64,000 nucleotides of DNA from Cyanidioschyzon merolae (lineage: Eukaryota), in the NCBI GenBank assembly GCA_000091205.1, contig AP006499.2. One strand, 5' to 3'. A model generated the notes under the pieces. It saw only the letters and a list, made by a program, of their open reading frames with translations. It did no database searches and was not told where the DNA came from. Made by a program: the position numbers and the translations under genes. Below are positions 9,830 to 19,310 of the stretch, piece by piece. The stretch's first letter is position 1, and each line of letters opens with the position of its first letter.

Positions 9830-10924
9830 ATGCAGGCTTTTGTGGGCACCTTTACTGCCGCACGAGGCGGCTTCGTTTCTGCAAGGCGTGACGCGTTCCT
9901 GTGCGGTGCGGGACAGGTGCGCCCCGCAGCGCCGGTCGTACAGGCCGCGCCTCAGACCCTTGTCATGTCCGGGAAGACGACGGCGCTTCGTGGTAGAATC
10001 CGCACGATAAAAAACACCCAGAAAATCACAGAAGCAATGCGCTTGGTGGCTGCTGCGAAGGTGCGACGCGCACAAGATGCTGTTTTGAGGACGCGTCCAT
10101 TCTCAGATACACTGCAGAAGGTGCTCGGTGGCCTGCTCAGCCGCTTGAACTCTACGGAATACTTCGACCTGCCTTTGCTGAAGCAACGCGAAACAAAAAA
10201 GGTTCTGCTGGTAGCCATCAGCGGCGATCGCGGTCTCTGTGGCAGCTACAACTCGAGCATTCTCCGCAAGCTTCAGCTACGTATCAATGAACTCAAGGCG
10301 CAGAGCCTCGAGGTTGAGCTGGTCACGGTTGGAAGCAAGGTGACGCAGTGGGCACGTCGCCGAAACTACAAGATTCGACGCTCATTTTTATGTACGCAGC
10401 AGCCGACGTCATCCCAGGCGACGGAGATAGCGGATGTTTTGCTGGCGGCGTATCTGGGCGACGATGTGCAGCGGGTGGAGTTGCTCTACACGCGTTTCGT
10501 GTCATTGATCAGTTCCAAGCCCAGTATTCGGACAATGTTACCGCTAACTCCAGTAGGTCTGGAAATGGAAGGTGATGAGATCTTCCAGCTGACAACCGAG
10601 GAGGGCAAGTTCGCTGTCAAACGTTCGTTCCAGAAGCCGTCGCCCGAAGCGATCGAGATTACGCCTGACATGATCTTCGAGCAGGATCCGCTGCAGCTGC
10701 TCAACGCGCTACTGCCGCTGTACTTCAATGGGCAGCTCCTGCGAACGCTCCAGGAATCTGTGGCGGGAGAGCTTGCAGCGCGCATGTCGGCCATGTCGAG
10801 CGCCAGCGACAACGCCAAAGAACTCGCTCGCAAGCTCAACATCGAGTTCAACCGCGCACGGCAGTCCGCGATCACATCGGAACTTGCGGAGATTGTTGGC
10901 GGTGCTGCGGCCCTGGAGGGTTAA
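9830..10924 (+). CDS. atpC: ATP synthase gamma subunit, chloroplast/cyanobacterial type, with a ~55-aa transit-peptide-like N-terminal extension
   Basis: ITEAMRLVAAAKVRRAQDAVLRTRPFSDTL, LLVAISGDRGLCGSYN, ELLYTRFVSLISSKPSIRTMLPLTP, IFEQDPLQLLNALLPLYFNGQLLRTLQESVAGELAARMSAMSSASDNAKEL and ARQSAITSELAEIVGGAAALEG match the plastid gamma subunit block for block, including the plastid-specific insertion. The first ATG is at 9830; the ORF track start at 9734 is GTG. Confidence 0.9.
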   Translation: MQAFVGTFTAARGGFVSARRDAFLCGAGQVRPAAPVVQAAPQTLVMSGKTTALRGRIRTIKNTQKITEAMRLVAAAKVRRAQDAVLRTRPFSDTLQKVLGGLLSRLNSTEYFDLPLLKQRETKKVLLVAISGDRGLCGSYNSSILRKLQLRINELKAQSLEVELVTVGSKVTQWARRRNYKIRRSFLCTQQPTSSQATEIADVLLAAYLGDDVQRVELLYTRFVSLISSKPSIRTMLPLTPVGLEMEGDEIFQLTTEEGKFAVKRSFQKPSPEAIEITPDMIFEQDPLQLLNALLPLYFNGQLLRTLQESVAGELAARMSAMSSASDNAKELARKLNIEFNRARQSAITSELAEIVGGAAALEG

Positions 10925-12025
10925 CAACAGTGCCTTAATGGGAGGCGGCTTCAGCAAGTAGACCATGCGATGCATACGGAACGAAGGTAAACATACATAA
11001 CACTCGCGAATGCGCAGTACGCGTGCTGCCGCCAGCGCGATGCATCACCTACCGCTCCACCTGAGCCGGCGACCCGGAGCCCGGCAACATGCCCGACGGC
11101 GTGTGTGCGTCTTGCCCTGGGCTTACGTCCTTGATGCCGCAAAAGCGACCGCATATGGCAATACTCCCGCTTAGCTACACGTGTGGTTACCTGGTCGATG
11201 TCTGCATCGCTCAGGTCTAAGAAACGCTGCGCAGCACATCGAGGCGAGCGGGTACAGCAGTGCGAAATGCGTCGAGCTGGTCAGTACGCAGCGTGCAGTC
11301 GAGTGCGGCATGGTGCGCGCGCAGGCAATCAAGCAGCGTTCTCCAGAACGTCGACGCATATGCGCAGAGACAGCACTGGGTTTGCGTATCATCGCCCAGC
11401 GTGTCGATGCTCGCTGTCACCGGCTCTAGTGGATACCAAGCGGCGGCGACCTGGCGTCTCAGCGTAGGCCGCGCCGGCTGTGTTGCCGCCTGCCTCAGCG
11501 CGACACGCAGCGTATACACGTTACCAGCCCCGGTATCCTGGCGCCAGGCACAGCACACGCGTCCCGAAACCTCCGGTCAGAACCACCTAGCCCATTCCGG
11601 AAACAGCGTTCCGGACTCCTTCGATACCACGCAGTGCAGGGCTCTTAGCGCTCTGTCACTATTGCCGAATAGTAAGCCTCAAAATCGATGAATCTATTCA
11701 GAGTAATCCCGATGCGCCGTATTCCATCCGAGATCAGGGTACGAGCTCCCACCTCTGCACCAGCCCAGTCATGCACCAATGAAAGCAGTGGATATAACTG
11801 CTTGGCATTCCTCGAGTGTCACTCGCGGCGACTGCCGCCTCATGAGGCGTCTCGCAGGCCGCGGGGGCGTCGCCGCAAAACGGCGCGCTTCCGCGGCGAT
11901 CGTCGCGGCAATCTCGATCTGCGGTGCGCCCGGTGCTCGCCTCTACGCCGATGCTTCTGTGCAGGGCGAAGGCGTAGGCGTACGTTTCTCCGGGGTTGCC
12001 GGTGCTGTGCTCGTGGACGCACGTC

Positions 12026-12898
12026 ATGCTAACAGCGTCGTCACCTGCAAAGACACAGACGGAACGCATCAAAATCATTAGGCCCAGTGGTATGACACTG
12101 GGCCAATTGCACACGCTCATAGAGTATGAGCCGACGATACGAACCCCCTTGGAAACTGTTGCAAGCGATTTCGCAGAGGTGCTCGGTGAACAGGTGGTGC
12201 TAACTCGCGGCGCTGAGGTGGTTGAAAAAGCGCCACCGGTCAAACGGGACGTGCTAGGAGAATGGTTGACCAGCTCTGGTGGCGGTGGCGGTGGCGGTGG
12301 TATTCTGACGCAGCTGCCGGCCTCACAGCGCTTCACCACAGCACCCGACGCGGCGCCGCTGGTGCTGCTGTCGGGCTCTTTCAACCCGTTGCACGAAGGG
12401 CATCGCCAGTTGCTCGAGGCGGCACGGAAAATGGTGGCGTGGGATGCTCGTGGCGGCTTTGAAATATCCGTGCTCAACGCGGACAAGGGGGCTATCTCCG
12501 AGGGGGAACTGCACCAACGCCTGCGCCAGTTCGCAGGCTATCGACCCGTGACCCTTACCAGAGCACCGCTGTTTACCGACAAGGCAAAGATTCTTCCTGG
12601 ACGAGTTTTCGTCATCGGAGTCGATACGATGCTACGGCTCGTCGATGCACGATACTACGGAGGCAACGAAACGAAGATGCGCGAGGCGCTCGAGGAAATC
12701 GAACGCTGCGGTTGCCGCTTTCTGGTAGCGGGACGCAAGGACCCGCGCGCTCCAAACCAGAACGACGCCCCGTTCCTGACCCGTGACGACGTCAGCATCC
12801 CACTGGGGCTCGAGTCGCTCTTCGGCAGCATTCCAGAACGACTGTTCCGGGTCGATTTGCGGTCAACAGATTTGCGCGAGGCGTTTACGCGCTCCTAA
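12026..12898 (+). CDS. Cytidylyltransferase-like nucleotidyltransferase with an HxGH motif (NMN/NaMN adenylyltransferase-like); start uncertain (ATG at 12026 or 12092)
   Basis: LVLLSGSFNPLHEGHRQLLEAARK is the (G)SFNP.H.GH nucleotide-binding signature of the HIGH-class adenylyltransferases. The ORF track start at 11996 is TTG. A (GGCGGT)n microsatellite at 12278..12302 encodes a Gly9 run. Confidence 0.55.
   Translation: MLTASSPAKTQTERIKIIRPSGMTLGQLHTLIEYEPTIRTPLETVASDFAEVLGEQVVLTRGAEVVEKAPPVKRDVLGEWLTSSGGGGGGGGILTQLPASQRFTTAPDAAPLVLLSGSFNPLHEGHRQLLEAARKMVAWDARGGFEISVLNADKGAISEGELHQRLRQFAGYRPVTLTRAPLFTDKAKILPGRVFVIGVDTMLRLVDARYYGGNETKMREALEEIERCGCRFLVAGRKDPRAPNQNDAPFLTRDDVSIPLGLESLFGSIPERLFRVDLRSTDLREAFTRS
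12278..12302. repeat. (GGCGGT)n microsatellite translated as poly-Gly inside the nucleotidyltransferase CDS
   Basis: ggtggcggtggcggtggcggtgg read directly; it encodes SSGGGGGGGGGIL. Confidence 0.85.
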
Positions 12899-12917
12899 TT
12901 GCCAGTCGTTCAGTCGC

Positions 12918-15900
12918 TCAGAGGTTGCCAGCTGCTGCGATGACCAAGGCATCGGGGTCTACCCAGCGGCGAATCGCGGTGTTCACCTCGTCGACGGTCA
13001 GGGATCCGATGCGATCCACGTAGTCGTCAACCCAGGTCAGAGGTCGGCCTTCATCCAAAGTGCTCATGATTGCACCAGCGAGACCACGAGTAGTGGCAAG
13101 ACCCACCTGATAACTACCATACACCGTTGCTTTCTTGGCGTCCAGCTCCGCCTGTGTAACACCATCATGATACCAGCGTTCGACCTGCTCCAAAGTAGCG
13201 GCTACGCCTCGTTCGACGTTCGTGGATCCAAAGGTTGCGCCGATCCGCCACAGGCCGTCGGTACCGAGTTCAGCACCTTCAACACCTGCGCCTATACCGT
13301 AGGTTAGACCGAGCTCGTCGCGAACCACTTGCATTAAGCGCGAGGAAAAGTTTCCACCGAGAATAAAGACGCCCATAGCGAGTGCGTAATACTCGGGGTG
13401 GTTGGAATCCATGCCCAGGGACTGCCCGATCTGCACGTCGACGCTGTCCTTGTCTGGTACACGATACGTTCGCCAGCTGGAAACCGAAGATGGATGTTTT
13501 GTGCTCGCGTTCGCCACGGTGACGCGGTCTAACGCGCGGAGTTCCAGGGGCAACGTTGCGGGAAACCCGCTGCGGCGCCATCCGCTTGGGCAGGTTGCTT
13601 CCAACAGGGACCGCGTTTCCTGCGGATCGACGTCACCTACGGCAATAAAGCGTGCATCGCTACCAAAACCATACATACGAGCGAAACGCTCCACATCGTC
13701 CACCTTGAGTGCACGAAGCGATTCTATGAGCTCCTCCAAAGGATATACAAAGTTGGGATGGCCGCGCGGAAACAGCGCCGCTGAGAAAAGCTCATCGGCC
13801 CGACGGCCTGTACTCTCTTTGGAGGCCTCGAGGTCGCCCAGAAAGCGCAGCTTGGCCATTTCAAAGTCATTCATGTCCAGACGAGGTTCGGTAAGCTGTT
13901 CCATCAGCAAACTTGCAACAAGAGGGAGATCCTTGCGCAAGCAGCGCCCGCGGAAGCGCAAGCGATTGCGGGTAACACCAAAGCTCACACGCGCGCCGAC
14001 ATTCTCCAGGAGTTCCGATATCGCAAACTTGTCCCGGTGGCGTGATCCCTGATCAAACATATCCGACACCATCTCCGCTACCATGAGCGAGCCAAACGGT
14101 TCGCGATCGCCATGATCTGTACCACCGGCTAGGGAGCCGACCAGCGTCACCACCTCCTCGGCTGCAGTGCGTAGCGTGAACTGCGTCAGGCCGCCTTCAA
14201 ACAGCATCTCACGATGTGTTCGCGCTGCTATGCGACTTCGAGGCACAGCCGGAGCTGGGCTCCCCGAAGCCTCCGCACCCGCTGTCGTCGACCGTCGCTT
14301 CTGCGTCGTCAGCGGGAGCGCTGTTGGCGCCACTCGGGTCGCTTCACGCCGCTGCGCGTCCATGGAGCTCTCTGCGTCTTCTACGATCCGACCGGCTGGC
14401 GCTGCTGCAGCGTCTTCATGATCGATAAACGCAGGATCCTCTTGGACATCGTCGTCTTCTGAGCGAAGCGGTACGAACCATCCGGTCGTACTCGCGTCCT
14501 CGCGGAAATATCGTTGAGCAGCTCTCTGAACGTCCTCCAGGCGAACCGGCTCGATACGATTCCGACAGAAAGCCGTCCAGTCGCCCATGGCAAGCGACTC
14601 GTTCAGGCCGTCGGCGATCCCGAACGTACCATCGCGGGAGAACTTGAGATACGCATTCACTTGTGATTTCGCGCGTTCGAGCTCTGCCAGCTCAATACCC
14701 TCCTTCTTGATCTGCTCTATCTCTTCCCAAAGTATTCTCTCTACCGTGGGAGAATCCGCCTGAGGGGTCAGGAAACAGTATATCTGAAAGAGGCCAGGAT
14801 CTCTGAAAGAACTCTCCCAAGCGTAGACGCGCGTAGCCAGTCCCGCATCCACAATGCGTCGATAGAGTCGTCCGGTCTTGCCGCCGGACAGTGCAACAGA
14901 CAGTACCGCTAACGCCGGAGCGTCCTCGTGCAGCCCCGGTGGCGCCTTGAATGCAATACCGATAATATGTTGTCGTCCGCTGCGTTTCACGATGAGTCGC
15001 CGCGGCCCGCGTTGCACGTCCTCTTGCGGGACGACCTGCTTCTCTTGTATCGAATGCGTTGAAGCGGGTAAAGGTCCAAAATACTGAGCTACCCATCCGA
15101 GTACCGTACAGGTGTCAGGTATATCTCCGATGATAGAGAGCGTCGCATTATTCGGATGATAAAAGGTATCATAAAACCTTCGCAGCGCAGCAGCGGTCGC
15201 ATGCTCGATATCGTCTCGCCAGCCGATTGTCGGATGGTGGTACGGATGGGCTTGATACGCCGTTGCCCATATCTCCTTGTCCAACGCTTGGAAATTATCA
15301 TTTTCGCCTCTTTCATATTCGTTTCGGACCACGGTTTTCTCAGCGAGAAGGTCCTCTTCGCGAAGCAGGGCATGACGCATGCGATCGGCTTCAATGGCAA
15401 TGGCCTCTTCGATGAACTCCGACGGCAGGACTGCGTAGTAGTTTGTTCGATCGAACCAGGTGGAGGCGTTAACATTTGCGCCAATGTTCTGGAGCACTGT
15501 CCATATGGGTCGTCCGGTTTCCTTGTTGTAGTGGCGGGAGCCCTTGAACATGAGGTGCTCCAGCAAATGCGTGCTGCCGGTGATCCCCGCAGCTTCGTTC
15601 CTGGACCCGACGAGGTACGTGATCATGACCGTGGCGACCGGTGCAGCGGCGTCCCGACGCAGCAGGACTCGCAGTCCGTTGGCATCGAGCTGGTACTCGC
15701 TGATGCCCGCCACCTGCTGAACGAAGCGGAAAGCGGGGTGTCCCTCGTTCGTCGGCAACGCACTCGCCCCAGTTGATGTTACTTGGTGCGCGTTTTCAAC
15801 AGCTCCGCTGGTGTCTGACGCCGAAGTACGAGGCGTATGGTCCCCTGCGCACGCGCTGATGTGGCGGCTCGTCTCTCGAGCACGTCCACGGCAGCAGCAC

Positions 15901-16580
15901 GAACAACAGCTGCCGCCTTGAGGTGACTGGAAACCTTTCCGAGCGTACTGGGCGCCACGAAAGAGCCGATATGGCAAAGATCGCGCTGCTTTACTCAACA
16001 AGTGTTTGCATGGAATAAAATGCGCAAACATGAGCGCTTTTCTTCGAGTCGAAACCTCTTGACGCTGCATAGAAGTCGTCCTTGCACAGCAAAAGTGGAC
16101 TTGGACGGGAAAGTCTCCGCCGAGGCGCATCGTGCGAGCGCGCACGAACGCTTCATGGAGGCACGCTACGTAGGCACATGTGTACATCGGCAGGTTTCTT
16201 TGGCAAGTAGGCAAACAGTTACGGTGGCAGGCAAGCACACGGGCACACGGGCAAGCACGAGTGTAACGAGTACGCAAGGTACTTGCTGCCAGGAACCCGT
16301 GCGGCACTTTACGGAAACGTAACAAGGGTGCAGGTAGCCTGTGAACCTGTCTGACTGCGGGTACTCGTGTCTCGCCCGCTGGAGGGTTTACGGACCTTCG
16401 GACAAGGTCCAGTTGCTTAAGCGTACGATCATGGTGCGCAAACAGGGAGTTATAGCACACCTTGCACCCGCTGAGCGCAACTGCAACAGCGAAACGTGTA
16501 CCGATGTTTTCGGAACTGCAAAAAGTGACCGAGGGTAGTACGGGAGCCCTGGATGAGGCGCATCTGCTGCCCGGCGCCAT
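12918..16580 (-). CDS. M16-family zinc metallopeptidase with two tandem M16 units (stromal-processing-peptidase/PqqL-like) and a long N-terminal extension; an alternative ATG lies at 16031
   Basis: Inverted zinc-binding motif HLLEHLMFKGS...E in the first unit (VATVMITYLVGSRNEAAGITGSTHLLEHLMFKGSRHYNKE). A second M16-like unit lies downstream, for ~1200 residues in total. The ORF track start at 16679 is TTG; the first ATG is at 16580. Confidence 0.8.
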   Translation of the reverse strand: MAPGSRCASSRAPVLPSVTFCSSENIGTRFAVAVALSGCKVCYNSLFAHHDRTLKQLDLVRRSVNPPAGETRVPAVRQVHRLPAPLLRFRKVPHGFLAASTLRTRYTRACPCARVLACHRNCLPTCQRNLPMYTCAYVACLHEAFVRARTMRLGGDFPVQVHFCCARTTSMQRQEVSTRRKALMFAHFIPCKHLLSKAARSLPYRLFRGAQYARKGFQSPQGGSCCSCCCRGRARETSRHISACAGDHTPRTSASDTSGAVENAHQVTSTGASALPTNEGHPAFRFVQQVAGISEYQLDANGLRVLLRRDAAAPVATVMITYLVGSRNEAAGITGSTHLLEHLMFKGSRHYNKETGRPIWTVLQNIGANVNASTWFDRTNYYAVLPSEFIEEAIAIEADRMRHALLREEDLLAEKTVVRNEYERGENDNFQALDKEIWATAYQAHPYHHPTIGWRDDIEHATAAALRRFYDTFYHPNNATLSIIGDIPDTCTVLGWVAQYFGPLPASTHSIQEKQVVPQEDVQRGPRRLIVKRSGRQHIIGIAFKAPPGLHEDAPALAVLSVALSGGKTGRLYRRIVDAGLATRVYAWESSFRDPGLFQIYCFLTPQADSPTVERILWEEIEQIKKEGIELAELERAKSQVNAYLKFSRDGTFGIADGLNESLAMGDWTAFCRNRIEPVRLEDVQRAAQRYFREDASTTGWFVPLRSEDDDVQEDPAFIDHEDAAAAPAGRIVEDAESSMDAQRREATRVAPTALPLTTQKRRSTTAGAEASGSPAPAVPRSRIAARTHREMLFEGGLTQFTLRTAAEEVVTLVGSLAGGTDHGDREPFGSLMVAEMVSDMFDQGSRHRDKFAISELLENVGARVSFGVTRNRLRFRGRCLRKDLPLVASLLMEQLTEPRLDMNDFEMAKLRFLGDLEASKESTGRRADELFSAALFPRGHPNFVYPLEELIESLRALKVDDVERFARMYGFGSDARFIAVGDVDPQETRSLLEATCPSGWRRSGFPATLPLELRALDRVTVANASTKHPSSVSSWRTYRVPDKDSVDVQIGQSLGMDSNHPEYYALAMGVFILGGNFSSRLMQVVRDELGLTYGIGAGVEGAELGTDGLWRIGATFGSTNVERGVAATLEQVERWYHDGVTQAELDAKKATVYGSYQVGLATTRGLAGAIMSTLDEGRPLTWVDDYVDRIGSLTVDEVNTAIRRWVDPDALVIAAAGNL

Positions 16581-17151
16581 GCGAGCTCCAAGGGACAGCG
16601 TGCGCAGGGCCAGCACCAGAGCGCTTCTCTCCGCTTCGCGTGTGCGAACAGACTTGTCGTGAAGCTGTCTGAAATTCAAACAAAAACTCTCCAGTTTCTT
16701 GCAACGCCACGTCGCAATACGGTTTCATAGAGCGCCTCTGACCGATCCGTCCTGGCGTCGGCAAGTGTGCGAGCGCTTGTGATATCGGAGGTTTACGCAA
16801 ACGGCAACCAGCACTGAGCCCGTCGCCGCTCCGGCCTATGCGATGGACCAAATGCGACGTGATGCTTCAAACGTATGACGGCGTTCTTGGCAACTGGTTA
16901 CCAGCAGTAATGTCTGTGTAATTTGCCGACAATGTTTTTCTAGGTTTCATGATGAACTCTTGCACACAGCGCCAGCAAGCCTGGGCGCTGAATACCTCCT
17001 TCGTTCTCGACACGCAGAAGCGGCCCTGCGTGGTATCGCCACCGTGACCCGCGGCCCCATACTCAAGGGCTATAGCGCATCAGCTCTTCTACGATTCGAT
17101 TGGGCGCAAAAAGAGCTTTTCAGAATCCATTCCAATGCGCCTATATATCCG

Positions 17152-17940
17152 CTAAAACTCCGGGGGTGCGGGTGCATCCTCGAGGCGGTTGTGGCGCTGA
17201 AACCGTCGGTGCCCTCGGCGGGGCGTCAGATGAGGTGGCCAAATCGTGCCCGGTCCAAGCTCATCTTGTACTTCTTCTCGCCCCGCACTAGTTTCCAGCT
17301 GGCGGAGCTGACGACTAGATACCTCATTATCGGTTCTGGCTACAGCCAATTCGGTTTTTAGGTGAGCAATCTGCCGCAACAGGTTCTCTTCGCGGACAGA
17401 TGCCTCTTCTCGGACTCGTTGGAGCTCCTCCTGCAGAACTCGGAGTGATTCTCGCTGGTTGCGCACCAGTTCCTGCATGAAGCCTTGCAACTCAGAGCGT
17501 AACACTTCCTGCTGGGTGCGTGCGTCGTCAGCAGGGGTCGTAGCCGCTGGCGCTGCTGAGTCCAGCAAACGCGACTGCAGCGCAGCGAGTTGCTCTTCAA
17601 TGCGTGTGCTGCGCCTGCGCTCCGTCTCCAGTTGCTCCTCTAGCGCCTTTTTTGTCATCTGAAGACGGTGGACCTCGTCATCAGATTCGCGTAAGTAACT
17701 TGTAGCCAAAGCATAAGTTTCACGAATTAGCGCCTGTTCACTGTCTTCCCAGAACTGTTGTAGCTTCGCGGTGGCGTCGTGCACCACTTGCTTCCATTGC
17801 TCCAGGTTCTCTGGTTTGGCCTGTTCCACAGCTTGACGGACCAAGTCTGCGTCCAGCCTCTCGGCACTTGATATTCTCTCCTCTTCGAAAGCGTTTGCAA
17901 GACTAGTGAGCTCAGCTCTGAGCGAAGCGGCTCGGCTCAT
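17152..17940 (-). CDS. Coiled-coil protein of unknown function
   Basis: 262-codon ATG-initiated ORF dominated by heptad-like E/Q/R/L-rich sequence (LEEQLETERRRSTRIEEQLAALQSRL..., LQEELQRVREEASVREENLLRQIAHLKTELAVAR). Confidence 0.45.
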   Translation of the reverse strand: MSRAASLRAELTSLANAFEEERISSAERLDADLVRQAVEQAKPENLEQWKQVVHDATAKLQQFWEDSEQALIRETYALATSYLRESDDEVHRLQMTKKALEEQLETERRRSTRIEEQLAALQSRLLDSAAPAATTPADDARTQQEVLRSELQGFMQELVRNQRESLRVLQEELQRVREEASVREENLLRQIAHLKTELAVARTDNEVSSRQLRQLETSAGREEVQDELGPGTIWPPHLTPRRGHRRFQRHNRLEDAPAPPEF

Positions 17941-18040
17941 GGTGGCGGCTGAGCACGCACCAGCACCGCCGCTCTAAGTCGAACGACGCCAACGGTGCAC
18001 AGTAGTGGCGATAAACCCTCCCTAGACAAAACGTCTCCAA

Positions 18041-18081
18041 CTGACGTGTAGACGCCTCCCCGTGTTTTTTGACCGGCCACC
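18041..18081 (-). other. Conserved 3'-terminal non-coding motif of Fanzor family copy 1 (candidate right end / omega-RNA-associated)
   Basis: Element-strand sequence gggtGGCCGGTCAAAAAACACGGGGAGGCGTCTACACGTCAG, 35 nt after the stop of the RDFNAAINI fragment. It is alignable with 47709..47748, 58478..58516 and 62110..62148. Confidence 0.45.
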
Positions 18082-18103
18082 CACTACTGTTTCCAATTTC
18101 TTC

Positions 18104-19310
18104 TCATATAGTTAACCTTTTGGGAGGTTGTCTCACAAAATTCTCTCTTGTCATCTCTGGAAGTCTTTTTTCCATCACCACACATTTCCTGATATTAATT
18201 GCGGCGTTAAAGTCTCGGTTCACAAACTCCATCCGTTTCTTGCCATCATTGATTGTACTTACTAATGCAAGTCGCCCATGAACGTTCGCCCTCCTTTCCA
18301 TTTGCTATCCCGTCAGCGGTCCGTATTTTTCATATCCTCAGGGCTCCGCTGGCACTTTTCCATCTCGAATCTCTGAAGTGTGCATCCCAGCTCATGGTGT
18401 ATATACAATGCTCGGAACTCATCGATCGGTAGCGGAACGAAACGCCTTGCGCACTCCTTGTACGTTCTCGCCGGTGGAGCTGGTGTAGTCCCTTTTTGGG
18501 TCTTCCAGCGTCCTGCTCCGTATGCCACTACGAGCCTCTGACGTTCATCCTCCTTCAAGCCACTCAACTGATTGAAAAAGTTGGCAAACGCCCGCTGCTT
18601 CCCACAATACAGATTCATTCGCAGACGAGCCCACCGAGGCTTTGTATACCCTTTCCACAGCGCATCCCAATGAGCAACGCGACCTTCCATGAATTTTCGA
18701 AAAGCTTCAAAGTCCGCTCCTCGACTCGTCACCTTGCTCAAAGCCTCCAGGTGCTCTTTCACTTATGCGTTCCACGTCTCGATTTTATTCCTTGCATTCA
18801 TGATTCTGGAGTCTCGATAGTATCTTGCTCTCGAGAACTTTAAAATACTCATGCCTTTCTGAAGTAAGTTGCCGTGGATACCATCTTCCGCACGCTTGGG
18901 TACTGCGATGGTTATGATACTTGTGCCCCAGGGTCCGCGCCAACGACAAAGTCGTTATCCTGCACTTTCTGCGTCGCAGAATCCGCCTCCTTCTCATCTT
19001 CATGCTTCGTTACGGGCGAGGCCGAGCATGGAACAAGACGATCCGCCTTCAAGCGCCGACGGTGTACACACATGGATACCCCATCGGTTTCGATCACCCC
19101 AGTGAATACCTTTTGTTCGCTGACTTTCAAACGTTTGATTTCGAAGATATTCTTCTGGTACTTCTCCCGGTTTACACCGGTGAACTCCTTCCTGCTAACC
19201 TTGAACTCCGGACAGATCTCCCTCATGATGCCATGAAGGACTGCGGAATCGATGGTCACGAAATGTGCCCTGATGTTGCACAACGGAACCACGTTGAAGC
19301 GCTTCTCCAT
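18104..19310 (-). pseudogene. Fanzor/TnpB-like nuclease ORF remnants (RuvC-I, RuvC-II region, Zn-ribbon/RuvC-III) split over three frames by stops and frameshifts
   Basis: ORF 18912..19310 ends ...[19 protein letters not shown] 18313..18762 ends ...PIDEFRALYIHHELGCTLQRFEMEKCQRSPEDMKNTDR*. ORF 18104..18301 contains FVNRDFNAAINI. The gaps between segments are under 20 nt and contain in-frame stops, so they are not introns. Confidence 0.65.

Noticed and set aside
12225-12245. ccggtcaaacg match to the Fanzor 3' motif inside the nucleotidyltransferase CDS
   Set aside because: The 11-nt match lies within a coding region with no other family features, so it is a coincidence.
11734-12486. 250-aa minus-strand ORF overlapping the nucleotidyltransferase gene
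   Set aside because: It is antisense to a frame carrying a clear HxGH signature. Pro/Ser/Ala-rich low-complexity translation is typical of GC-rich chance ORFs.
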